Positions 12,505 through 24,900 of a stretch of DNA of 64,000 bases are shown here, piece by piece; within the stretch, counting starts at the first letter, position 1, and every line of letters begins with the position of its first letter. The translations under genes were made by a program, and so were the position numbers. The notes under the pieces were generated by a model. That model ran no database searches. It was not told the DNA's origin and was given only the letters and a program-made list of their open reading frames with translations. Origin of the DNA: Octopus vulgaris (lineage: Eukaryota); the NCBI GenBank assembly GCA_951406725.2, contig OX597817.1, positions 147,312,001-147,376,000 of the forward strand. Reading direction: 5' to 3'.

Positions 12505-12963
12505 TGGCACAAGGCCAGTATGTTTGATAAGAGAGGACAATTCGATTATATCGATCGTAGTATTTGACTGGTACTTATTTTATTAAACCTCAAAAGGATG
12601 AAAGAAACAGCTAACATCGATCGAATTTGTAACGTAATTTGTTATGTACAATAAATAAGATGACCAGACAACAGTAAAAACAGTGTAACAAACTAAGAAA
12701 TCTCTTTACGAACCAACAATCAATATTCCTTGCGAACGAACCAACCGACAACTTCTGACTTCACCGCGAACTAACACGAATTTTACTCGACTCCGAACTC
12801 TAAACTCACTCGGATCGTTACTATTTACACTTTACTCAGACCAGTCTATCTCTCGCAAGGGGGCGGGGTCGTAACTCTCATTACAAGAGGATGTAAAAAA
12901 GCGGAAGAAATGCCGTTGAGCATTTTGTCCGGCGTGCTAAAATCTCTGCTAGCTTGCCGCCTT
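12505..12963 (-). mobile_element. Degenerate SINE-B interrupted by a putative solo LTR
   Basis: Tail and central domain at 12505-12627; head at 12886-12963. Confidence 0.75.
12628..12885. mobile_element. Putative solo LTR (258 bp)
   Basis: Begins TGTAA, ends TTACA and interrupts SINE-B homology. No clear TSD. Confidence 0.55.
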
Positions 12964-14143
12964 AGTTTTCAGCAAATGCAAAATCTATTGTTTTAGTCTT
13001 TTACATGTTTCATTGGGCTCAGGCCATTCTGGGGCACTGCCTCGAAGAGTTTTAATCGAACACATCGAATCCTATAGCTATGCGTATTTTAATGCTTGGC
13101 ATTTATTATATCAGTATGTTTTGACGAACCGCAAGGCTACAGGTCGTTAACAAACCAATATCGGTTGGCAAACTGTGGTTGAGATGATAAACAGAGACAG
13201 AAAGAGGCACACACATAGCCAAACATATATGTATATATATGTATATATATATATATGTATGTATGTATGTATGTATGCATATATATCTGTATGTGTGGGT
13301 ATATGTGCGCATATACGTACGTATATACATATATACCTATATATACATTTCTGTTTGTGCATGTGTGTATGTGAACCCGAAATCACATGGTACAAGATAA
13401 ATTTATCTACCTCTACAGATGACTAACAAATTGCACTTTCTCAGTAAGATGACAAACTCCATTTAAACAAGTGACATACGAATAGTGTGGGTGGGGGATA
13501 TAAACTAGGCAGTGATGACAGTTACTCTCAAAATGGACCGACACATTAGAGTGATTCGCATCATGCTGATTTCTTGAATCAGAAAAAAAAAAAACAGAGA
13601 CGTGGTCTTTTCTCCAGTCCTAGCGCTGTACTTAACGAATAATATGATACATGCAAGTAACACATAAGTGCACGGAAAGAAATGTAAAATACGAATACAG
13701 CTGTGTGCTTAGATATTAAAAATATACAATAAAACAGAAGAGAAATGAACGAGACTTCGAGAGATTGTTTTACAGTCGGGCAATAAATATATTTGGTACG
13801 TTTAAATAACAACGATACCCCAAAATGAGATATATGCGTTTAAAACATAATGATTCATCCGGTGCACTCAGCCATAAATTATACGAACACAAACAAACTA
13901 AAGCTGGTTAGTTTTGTATAATAAGGTATTATAATACATTTTTACGAAGAGTGAAAAATCTTCGGAGATATTCATTTGCTGAGTTTTGTCGAAAATTTTG
14001 TCGTCATGTAACGTATTTAAACTACGTAATTCAAGTGACTATAGACGACACCAGCAATAATTGAGCGAACGAGATGGCCTGTATGTGGTCAAATAGAAAT
14101 AGTGGTCAAATTTCTCTTAGTCAAAGTATACAGTGGATGATCG

Positions 14144-14547
14144 TGGCACTCCGTCGGTTACGACGACGAGGGTTCCAGTTGATCTGATCAACGGAACAGC
14201 CTGCTCTTGAAATTAACGTGTAAGTGACTGAGCACTCCACAGACACGTGTACCCTTAACGTAATTTCACGGGCTGATTCAGCGTGACGCAGAGTGCGACA
14301 AGGCTGGCCCTTTGAAATACAGGTACAACAGAAACAGAAAGAAAGAGTGAGAGAAAGTTATGGTGAAAGAGTGAGAGAAAGTTATGGTGAAAGAGTAAAG
14401 CAGGGTTCGCTACCAGCCCCTGCCGGAGCCTCGTGGATCTTTATGTGTTTTCGCTCAATAAATATTCACAACACCCGGTCTGGGAATCGAAACAACAATC
14501 CCACGACTGCGAATCCGCTGCCCTAATCACTGAAACATTGCGCCTCC
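14144..14547 (-). mobile_element. Full-length SINE-C (tRNA-derived) with internal 24-bp tandem duplication
   Basis: Reverse complement of 48827-49213. Imperfect TSD ACA(G/T)TGGATGAT. GAAAGAGTGAGAGAAAGTTATGGT occurs twice at 14341-14388. Confidence 0.9.
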
Positions 14548-14612
14548 ACATTGGATGATATACTGTACATGCGTAGTGTGAAAACGCATAATGCACTGCA
14601 CTTTCTTGGGCT

Positions 14613-14645
<33 letters not shown>

Positions 14646-15324
14646 CAAGAATAACAGCAGCCACAACAAACCGCAATAAGAAACATTACAAGCCAGAGAA
14701 CCGTGTCTTATTTAGCTGGAACCATTTTAAACTACTCATTCCTCATAATATTCTTTTTAAATCAATAAATTATTTTCCTGGTGTCTCTCCCCTCATCTTT
14801 CCTGAACAGAATTACGCGTAGTATCTTCTCTCATCACGGGGGATGTAACATTAACTGATTTAAATTGCTATATTAAGTATATTTGCGTCTGCGTTCAAAT
14901 AAATTAAATTAGCTATATTTCTTCCACAGCTGAGTAAAGAGTTTCCACTTCCCGTTCCGTAACTTTCAGCTGTCGGTGACTGACTCGATCTTTAATTCTT
15001 GTTAAATCAAATCTCCAATTGTTCCCCCATCAGATACGTTGCCGTCATCTTTCATCTTTTGAAGTTCCTAGAAATCCACCGCCTCTGCTATCTATCAACT
15101 GTTGTTTTTCATCATCTGGGCATGTCTATCTCCAAACTATTCTTATGACTTTCCCGAACCAAGTAATATTAAATCTTATTTGTTTTCGCAGCTTAATTTC
15201 TGGCTCTAAATTGCCAAGGTCCAAGTTTCTCTTGACTGCTGACAAAGCGCTTGCTGGTTCAGCAAGTAAATTACCAGCTCATCTCAAAGGCGACGCATGT
15301 CCACTTGAATATACAAATACATGG

Positions 15325-15460
15325 ATTTAACGTTATTTACATTATTTACATTTGGCGGATATTTGTCCTCATCTTGTTTGTTGTTAATACAGCCTTCATC
15401 AGGGATCTTGGGAGGAATTTCGAACCTAGGTTCTCATTCCAAAAGGTATTTTTCGATGTA
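15325..15460 (-). mobile_element. pLTR-like repeat family H2 (partly deleted hammerhead), inverted relative to 16383-16560
   Basis: Reverse-complement homology to 16383-16530 (CGAAAAATACC..GGAATGAGAACC.AGGTTCGAAATT...CTGATGAAGG...AACAACAAACAAGATG.GGACAAATATCC). Confidence 0.8.
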
Positions 15461-15471
15461 ATTATTATTAC

Positions 15472-15535
<64 letters not shown>

Positions 15536-15995
15536 GAGTGAGAGAGCAGTTCATGCCATCAAAGTGACACTGGGGTAAAATATACGAAGCCCAATATACC
15601 CATCATGACTACCCGTCTGATAAGGGTACACCAGGCACATGCATCACAACCATATTGCGCGACATGGTGATCTCATATCAAGATAAACAGCACATGACCT
15701 TGCAGGTGGGGCCCAGTTAGAATTTTCTTCAGGTTGAGTAGCCCATCCCGCTCAAAAGGTCCCTGAATAAGGGTTGTTTAAGGATGTTGAAAGAACCACC
15801 CATGTTTCCAGAGGTGAATTATTCAAACCCCAAAGAATCCCTCTCAACACATGGCTATGATGCTCCCCCACTACTTCTGCTCGTGATCAGAGATGCACAT
15901 ATCGTCAGCCACTAAGGGACATGCTCAACTGGATAAGGTCAAACAACTGACAAGCAAATCTGTGGTATTGAGCAGAATATTTGCTGTAGCCCATC

Positions 15996-15997
<2 letters not shown>
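15536..15997. mobile_element. Unclassified ~460-bp interspersed element embedded in a (TAT)n tract
   Basis: Complex, GC-richer block with sharp edges and pure (TAT)n on both sides. No ORF, TIR or tRNA head seen. Confidence 0.55.
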
Positions 15998-16057
<60 letters not shown>

Positions 16058-16318
16058 CATCATCATTCTTCTTCTTCTTCTTCTTCTTCTTCTTCTCCCC
16101 CTCCTCCTCCTCCTCCTCCCCCTCCTCCTCCTCCTCCTTTCTTCTTCTTCTTCTTCTTCTTCTTCTTCTTCTTCTTCTCCCCTCCTCCTCCCCTCCTCCT
16201 CCTCCTCCTTCTTCTTCTTCTTCTTCTTCTTCTTCTTCTTCTTCTTCTTCTTCGTCTTCTTCTCCACCACCACCACCACCACCTGCTCCTCCTCCTCCTC
16301 CCCTCCTTCTTCTTCTTC

Positions 16319-16362
<44 letters not shown>

Positions 16363-16385
16363 TATTATTATTATTATTATAATAA
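15998..16385. repeat. Compound trinucleotide microsatellite (TAT, CAT, CTT, CCT, CAC, TAA, TTA)
   Basis: Direct inspection. Confidence 0.98.
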
Positions 16386-16560
16386 CGTCGAAAAATACCT
16401 AAGGAATGAGAACCCAGGTTCGAAATTTCCCCAAGACACCTGATGAAGGATGGAAGGAATATCAGCTGAAACGTCGTGTTAACAACAAACAAGATGCGGA
16501 CAAATATCCCTCAAATGTAAATAATATAAATAATTCCTCATCTCTTAAATATAGAACTGT
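16383..16560 (+). mobile_element. pLTR-like repeat family H2 with minimal hammerhead (16435-16480)
   Basis: GACAC-CTGATGA-AGGATGG-aaggaata-TCAGCT-GAA-ACGT-C-GTGTT. Confidence 0.75.
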
Positions 16561-16796
16561 ATTACATGGATTTTGTATCTGGGTTGCAAGAGTCTTGATG
16601 GGAACTCGCGTTGAAGCAATATTTTTCTGTGCCTCGAGAGGGTTCTTATGCCAGCAATAACCACAATTATAACATCTTTATACATTTTTATTTTTATTTC
16701 TACATTCATTCTCCTATTTCCATTTATACTTCTTATTTCCATCCTTTTCCAAAATAATTCCTTATACTGAACTCTATTATTTAATAATCTCACATC

Positions 16797-16844
16797 GTCT
16801 CTGATGAAGGGATATCCCTAATATCTCTGAAACAGCTGTAAGGC
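16797..16844 (+). ncRNA. Type I hammerhead ribozyme motif with intact core (family H3)
   Basis: Stem I GTCT/AGGC; core CTGATGA; stem II AGGGATAT/ATATCTCT; GAA; palindromic stem III ACAGCTGT; cleavage triplet GUA. Confidence 0.75.
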
Positions 16845-17949
16845 TAACTTTCTCTTTATAAATGTCCTGAAAATTCCACACAGCCTTAGCGCACGTTAGA
16901 CTCCTCACTTGTATTATTATCTAACCGAGAGTTTAACTACCGTCCTTCCATAGCACTTACCTTGGGTTTTCTGGATACTAATATCTCACACACATATATA
17001 TATATTCATTTTCCATGATTTTCATTTTTATCGTTTTCTCTTTATTATATATTCTAATTGTATACTTATATAATCATAGCAATTTTAATCTATTGAAACA
17101 TCTGTAAAATACAACTAAAATACGATTTTTTGATGAAATTATTCTCTCTGTCTCTCGTTCTCTGCTTTTGTCTGTCTGTCTGTCTGTCTACACGTATATA
17201 TGTACGTTATCGCTCTTGCATAGCTTCAGCTTATTAAAACACTTTCTTCGTTTACGTTGTATGGCAATACATGTTCGTTGAATATGACGAATATAGCTAC
17301 AATTATAAGGTTTTATTTTATATCCGAAATTGTAGAGCACTTTAATGTAGAGAGTAACTCTATAGTTCAAAGCTTGCAGCGTTTTTACTTCATTTCCAAT
17401 TTCTCTTCCTTTGTTTTAAGTTGATAATGGCTGAATATATATCCAATATTATTTGGAATAACCATCTCACCTTCAGCTCTGTTGATGAAGTGAATGCGTG
17501 TGTCTGTAGCTTATCTCAGAGAAGCACAGCTGTGTCCGCGCTCAAAAATCAAAAATATTAAAACAAACAGAAAATCTCGCCCGAAGCAAGCAAAACAAAA
17601 TTAAACAAAAAGATATATCAATTTATGATTTGATAAACTTTCTTAGCTCATTCACCTTATTACATACGCACGCACACAATTTCTCTCTCTCTCTGTCTCT
17701 CTCTCTCCAAATCTCTCTCTCCCAACCTATCTTTGTGTATAGACTCACACACACGCACACTCACACACAAACGCACACACACATTAGTGGGGTCTGAAGA
17801 GATGGAAAAATGACGCAGATACCAGGCTCTTCAGAAAACCCCCAAATTGTCCCCAAACCTACGCATATAGCAGACTCCACACAAGTAAATATTCCCACTT
17901 CCCCAACTGCGGTGCCGACCCCTAAATATAACACCACAAAAACTCAATA

Positions 17950-18642
17950 AATTAAGTACCAGTTGCGTACCAGTTGCGTACAGGGGTCGATCTAATCGAC
18001 TGGCCTCCTCCCGCCAAATTTCGTGCGTTGTGCCTAGAGTAGAAAAGAATATTTAAAGGCGGCGAGCTGGCAGAAACGTTAGCACGCCGGGCTAAATGCT
18101 TAGCGGTATTTCGTCTGCCGTTACGTTCTGAGTTCAAATTCCTCCGAGGTCGACTTTGCCTTTCATCCTTTCGGAGTCGATAAATTAAGTACCAGTTACG
18201 CACCGGGGTCGATGTAATGGACTTAATCCGTTTGTCTGTCCTTGTTTGTTCCCTCAGTGTTTAGCCCCTTGTGGGTAGTAAAGAAATAGGTATTTCGTCT
18301 GCCGTTACGTTTTGAGTTCAAAATTCTTCCGAGGTCGACTTTGCCTTTCATCCTTTCGGGGTCGATAAATTAAGTACCAGTTACACACTGGGGTCGATAT
18401 AATCGACTTAATCCGTTTGTCTGTCCTTGTTTGTTCCCTCAGTGTTTAGCCCCTTGTGGGTAGTAAAGAAATAGGTATTTCGTCTGCCGCTACGTTGTGA
18501 TTTCAAATTCCGTCGAGGTCGACTTTGCATTTCATCCTTTCAGGATCGATAAATTAAGAACCAGTTGCATACTGGGGTCAATCTAATCGACTGGCCCCCG
18601 TCCCCCAAAACGTCGGGCCTTGTACCTAGAGTGGAAAAGAAT
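17950..18642 (+). mobile_element. SINE-B tandem array: tail fragment, then one headed unit and two headless ~185-bp units
   Basis: Units join at AAAGAAATAG|GTATTTCGTCTGCCG (about 18290 and 18475). The last unit carries the alternative tail GGCCTTGTACCTAGAGTGGAAAAGAAT. Confidence 0.92.
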
Positions 18643-19397
18643 TTAATACTCTCCGATGAAATATTAGGAAGTAGCGAAGATTTAAGGGCAGACTCCCAGC
18701 AACTAGAACTAAACTCTCTCCCCATCAATATGTTAAAAATATAGAAATAACGGGTGGGAAAAAAGTGGTCAGTCGACGAAAAAAATAAAAGAAGAGATAA
18801 AAAAATGAAAACGCTTTGTGGGTGTGGACTGGGGAGGAAAATGATGACGTTGATTGGAAGAAAATCGAGTGGGAGGAGTCAAATGATATGAAATCGCAAT
18901 AAACATACGGAACATCACAAACACACACAACCACACACATACGTACAGAGAAAGGCACACACACACACGATCACTAACATACATGGCTGCGTGTTTAAGA
19001 AGTACGCATCGTTACCACGTGATTTCATATTCATACTCAATGCGTGCCACCTTCGTTTAAGATTTTATATTATAGCCACAGGCCGAACAAAACCTCGTTG
19101 AGTGAAGCTAGAAGACGGAAACTGAGAAAACTGTGATGATGATGATGATGATGATGATGATGTGTGTGTGTGTATGCGAGTGTGTCTGTAGGCGGTTGTT
19201 TTGATTTTCACTGCCTCATATCCGCTGTCGGTTTGTTTAAGTTCGTCATAATTTAGCCTTTGGACAAAACGGTAAAGAAAGGCTAAGAACGAAATGAAAA
19301 GTAATAATCTATCTTGTATCACCCAACGAGCCGGTGTTCCAGCGTGGCCACAGTCATGTGACTGACAAAAGTTGAAGAATGGACGAATAAAATGTGC

Positions 19398-19473
<76 letters not shown>

Positions 19474-19652
19474 GTCTATCTTCATATACAAATGCCTATA
19501 TATATATATATGTATGTATATATATACATATGTATATACATATATATATATGTGTGTGTGTGTGTGTATATATATATATACAAATGAATATATATGTATA
19601 TATATATAAATATGTATGCATGTGTCGATATATGTATGTATGCATCTATATT

Positions 19653-19700
<48 letters not shown>

Positions 19701-19719
19701 GATACAATACATATATAGC

Positions 19720-20130
19720 TTCAAGGTTCATCCGAGACTTGGACCACGGGCTATACGTCCCCTGCCAAATTCAAGATCACAACATACATGTACACTGCAA
19801 CATAATTTCTTTTCCTCAACAGGCCCTGCCCTATTTAACATTGTCCCGAGGGAGATCAAATAGGAAAAGGATCCCATCAACTTCAAACAGAGTCTGGATA
19901 GATTCCTTCAAAGAATACCAGACAAGCCACCCATAATTGGATACAACTCACCCAACAAGAACTCACTACTTGAACAAAACTGGATACAACTCACCCAACA
20001 AGAACTCACTACTTGAACAAAACTTGACTTAAACAGGATTCGAATAATCCTATCAGGTGGTGCTATTAAGTTAGACATGGCCTGGACCAATCTCTGGTCG
20101 AAACATATCTAAGTTTTATCTAAGTTTTTA
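19720..20130 (+). mobile_element. 3' end of a second CR1-clade LINE family (CR1-2), with 43-bp tandem duplication
   Basis: [13 protein letters not shown]...GPALFNIVP...FKQSLDRFLQRIPDKP...NSLLE aligns by eye with the C terminus of the 25.9-27.7 kb ORF (GPQLFNILP..FKMKLDLFLSGVPDEP..NSLM). Tail is (ATCTAAGTTTT)x2. Confidence 0.85.
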
Positions 20131-20211
20131 TATATATATACATACATACATTCATATATATATACATATATACATACATATATATATATATATATATAAA
20201 TATATATACAT

Positions 20212-20254
<43 letters not shown>

Positions 20255-21507
20255 CACGATGGGCTTCTTTCGGTTTCCGTCTATCAAATCCACTCAGTGG
20301 TTGGTAAACAAGCTACTTACCACAATGTATATATATATATGTATGTACGTATATTTGTATGTATGTATGTATGTATGTATGTATGTATGTATGTATGTAT
20401 GTATGTATGTATGCATGTATGTATGTAAAGAGCAGACGAGACACGTGGGATGGAGAGTCGCTGAAAAGGACACAGGGCGTGTGACGAAAGATTTCAGAGA
20501 AAGAATACGAAAATAATAGTGATGAGACTGAAGTGGAGAACTGGCAAAAAATGACCATCTCCAAATATAACACTGTCTTTTTCCCTCGGTATCTCTCACA
20601 TTTCTTCCTTTGTCTTTCCCGTCCTCCTCTCCAATCTAGCTCCCTCTCCCTCCCTCCTCCTCTCTCTTTCTGCACACGGACACATATTTTTGTATATAAA
20701 TATATAGCAGAGCCTGAAAGATTGCTTTAAGACATGACTTATTCAATAACTATGCTTGTTCAAATATCATATGAAACTATTAGTAGCTGATTCGGGTGTG
20801 TATCATTTATATATATATACATGTATATATAAATATATATATATATATATGTGTGTGTGTGTCTGTGTGTGTATAAATGTATATATGAATATATATGTAT
20901 GTGTGTGTGTATAGATGTGTGTGTGCGTGTCCCTATTTCCTCCCTCCCTCTCTCTCGTCTTCTTCCTCTTAATTGGAGACATTGTCCCTTCTTTCCTTCC
21001 TTGTTTTCTTCCTTTCTTCACTGTTCTGTCTGCCACTCTCTCCCCCTCGCTCTCCTCCTGCTTACCTTCTATATACTACCCACACGTGACCGGTGACTAA
21101 TTTTCTCATTTTTCTACCTTTTCGCCACCGCACGCTTGGTTTCCCAGTCAACGTTTTCTCCTCTCTTGCTATATCTCTTTCGGTATCCATTAAGGATTTC
21201 TTCTAGCCGTTACCCATCACACATGCCTGTGTGGCCGAAAGGCCGTACTTATTCCGTCTTCGTCTATCGTTTCAAATTACATTTGTTTACTTTCATACCG
21301 CTAACCTGTATTGCTTTGTTTGCTCGAAGACCTAATTTTCCGCAAACTTTGTGGGTGCTGGCGATATACGAAGTTCTCAGTCGTATAGTTAAAGGCATGA
21401 GACTGACTGTTAGTACTTTGGTCGATAACTAATGTGTCTGTCCTGCGTGTACGTTTTGTATTATTTAATGCACTTTTCATTTATTATGTATATACATACA
21501 TACAAAT

Positions 21508-21538
<31 letters not shown>

Positions 21539-21616
21539 AAATAGTGGGGAATATAATTCCAAACTTACAATATATATATAATATATATGTGTGTGTGTGT
21601 GCGTGCGTGTGGGTGC

Positions 21617-21680
<64 letters not shown>

Positions 21681-22132
21681 AAATAACGGATTAAGAACGT
21701 AACAAACGACAATGAAAACACCGACAGATGGACGATACAAAGACGGACGGGAAAACCAGGACGGAACATTCGTGCTTTCTATTCATCGGTCAAGCTTCTA
21801 ATTATCCGAACAGTTTCGGCCTGTTACATTTGAGACTGTTGAAAATTGTTAGGTCTAAAAAATCTAAGCTGAGGGTATTAAACTTTTAGAAGAAAGCAGG
21901 CAAATATGTGCGACAACACGGGCGAAAAAAGAAACAAGAAAACAGAGAAAATGTTACACGATTATAAATACAAACAACAGGTGTCTTTCTACTAGAAGGA
22001 CAAGTTAGATAAAGCTGGCGTGTGAAGTGGAAGCCTTACGGCAAGAAAAATAGATGAAAGTCAGGAAACAAGATGATAATGTATTGTGCGAGCGGCGGTC
22101 AAGCCAAGGGAGAAAGATCATGCTTGGCCGAG

Positions 22133-22163
<31 letters not shown>

Positions 22164-22227
22164 ACACACACATACACACACACACACATACATACATACA
22201 CATACACACACACACACACAAATATAT

Positions 22228-23412
22228 ATGGGTCCGGCGAATAAACAGTTGTCTAAATTAAGCAAAAATGAAAATAACATTGACATCTTATTTTAAGACA
22301 TACATTTACAAGAAATTGATAAAAATATCTTGAAATACTAAAGAGTAAATTTATTCAATAAAATTGCCATTGAAGAGTTGCAGAAGACTCCGGACGACTT
22401 CATTTGAATCATATAAGCTTCCTCTTTTCTCTCGCCCCCTCTCTCTCTCGCTCTCTCTCGTTGTTTTTCTCCTCCTTTACTTGTTTCTTTATATCTATTA
22501 CCTCCTCCGCCTTTCTGATACATAATTCTTTTGCTTGCCTCTTTCCGTTCCTTGCTGCTTCGTTTTCGCTAATGCTTTCCTGTCTTCTGCAGAAGTAAAC
22601 CCCAATTATTTGAACACAACAGTCACACCCATCTGCCTTTCTCATTTTATCTCTCTTGTCATTCTTTTTTTCTGTCTATGGGTCTGCTAAAGAAGACTCC
22701 GGACGACTTCGGAGTCTTCTGCAACTCTTCTGGACGGTCACCTTGTTTAAGTTGGTGAACGCTGCCATAAATTTTGTCATTAGTTCGTCTTTGATGTTAC
22801 AAGGCCGTTTTGTTTGTCTCTCGTCAGCTGAACTCACACATGATAATCAAGGCGGTCGTAGTCTGGAGAGTTAGGCGGCCAGTTGTTAGGGATAATATGG
22901 ACGCAGAATTATCCCACAGCCATGACAGGGTTCTCGTGTTTGTGTGGCATGGGGCAGAGTTTTGTTACCAGACATAAGGTCTTAAAGCAGCTACCCTCTT
23001 CAGCCAGGGCAACACTACAACCTCCAGGCACTTGATATAGATCTCCGTTTTGAATCTAAGGCTAAGTGGGAAGCTAAATGGAAGCTTAACGCCGCCATCA
23101 CTAGTGATCACTCCAAACACCAAGATGTTGACTGGATGTTTGGTTTTTATCACTTTCTGCACATGTCTTCAGGATGCACTGTTCTGAGATTGACACTCAA
23201 ACACTCTGAAGTATTCGTATTTAAATTTATGGGGCGAATGCCAAGTAGTATAGAATGTTGTTTCCAAATTTCTGGCAGAGGGAATTGTGTCATGGTCCTG
23301 TTTTCCTCACAGACGATTGCCACCTAACCCTACTATACTGTGTAATTAACAAAATAAGAAAGACACAATGCGCGAGATAAAAATATAAAATGTCGGGAAT
23401 TTACCCATTGCG

Positions 23413-23420
<8 letters not shown>
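22228..23420 (-). mobile_element. Degenerate, internally deleted Tc1/mariner-superfamily transposon, DD37D (maT-like)
   Basis: Minus strand gives KHPVNILVFGVITSDG..LPF.FP..L...YIKCLEVVVLPWLKRVAA.RPYVW*QNSAPCHT...WPPNSPDYDRLDY. Counting across one frameshift gives 37 residues between the second and third catalytic positions. Confidence 0.8.
22402..22690 (-). repeat. 289-bp inverted copy of 29327-29627 inserted with a 20-bp direct duplication
   Basis: Near-identical reverse complement of the donor. AGAAGACTCCGGACGACTTC lies at 22382-22401 and 22691-22710. Confidence 0.92.
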
Positions 23421-23485
<65 letters not shown>

Positions 23486-23534
23486 CATAAATATGTTTTT
23501 TTATTATATGTATGTAAGTAATATATTCGTTTTC

Positions 23535-23692
23535 TATTTGACTTTCCTCTGTTCCCCAAGAAGAGGGCCGCTCGAAACGTTAAACCATCTTTCTTTCCTT
23601 CCCTGAGCGTCTGCTAATGCTTTACATGTACCACGCCCTCGCCTTATTGTTTTTCTGTCTGTTCTTTGTTTTCTTTTTTGCATTTACTATTC
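23535..23692 (+). mobile_element. pLTR-like repeat related to H1, degenerate hammerhead
   Basis: Homologous to 27900-28053 (GAAGAG..CCGCTCGAAACGTT.AACC...CCTGAGCGTC..TAAT.CT). Ends in (TA)n. Confidence 0.65.
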
Positions 23693-23717
23693 TATATATA
23701 TATGCAAGTATACGTAC

Positions 23718-23765
<48 letters not shown>

Positions 23766-23776
23766 TTATACGTACA

Positions 23777-23820
<44 letters not shown>

Positions 23821-24062
23821 GTTTATATATTTGTTGTGTAAGATTTTTTATGTGAAATCGTGTGTTGAAAAAGATAGTGTTGTATTTCGGAATGGTCATT
23901 TTACCAGATTAGCCGAAATAAGATTAAGATTAATGTAAAAAATAAATAACACTGAAGCAAAGTAACACCAAATATATAGTGCGAGTGTTTTTATTGACTA
24001 AACTAGCAAAATGACCATTACGAAATACAACAATATAAATATATATATATATACATATATCT

Positions 24063-24128
<66 letters not shown>

Positions 24129-24439
24129 ACGTACAGTATATATATATGATTAGATATATATACAAGCGTTTTTGAATCTGTATGCATTTGTGATTGAGTG
24201 TGAACGAGTGCATGCGTGCGCGCACAAGTGTGCTCGTAGCGCGTGTGTGTCGGCGTGTCTGTACGTTTATGAACATCTTCAGGAAATTCGGTTTTTTAAA
24301 ATTCTATTGCAGCGTAACGCTCCCTCTTTGAGCAGCGAGTTGACTGTTATGATTTTCTGTGTGAGAAAGTTCCTACATAGATCTAGGGTGCAGCGTTAAA
24401 GACAAACATGCTGACTTCTCGCGGCGTCAATTGACAAAC

Positions 24440-24900
<461 letters not shown>

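Noticed and set aside
18056-18642. Regularly spaced repeats suggesting a CRISPR-like array
   Set aside because: The whole ~185-bp unit repeats with no unique spacers, the context is eukaryotic, and no cas genes are present.
20900-22130. Complex blocks between microsatellites that look like interspersed repeats, one with a faint hammerhead-like CCGATGA...GAA on the minus strand near 21790
   Set aside because: There is no second copy in the window and the stems do not pair convincingly; left unannotated.
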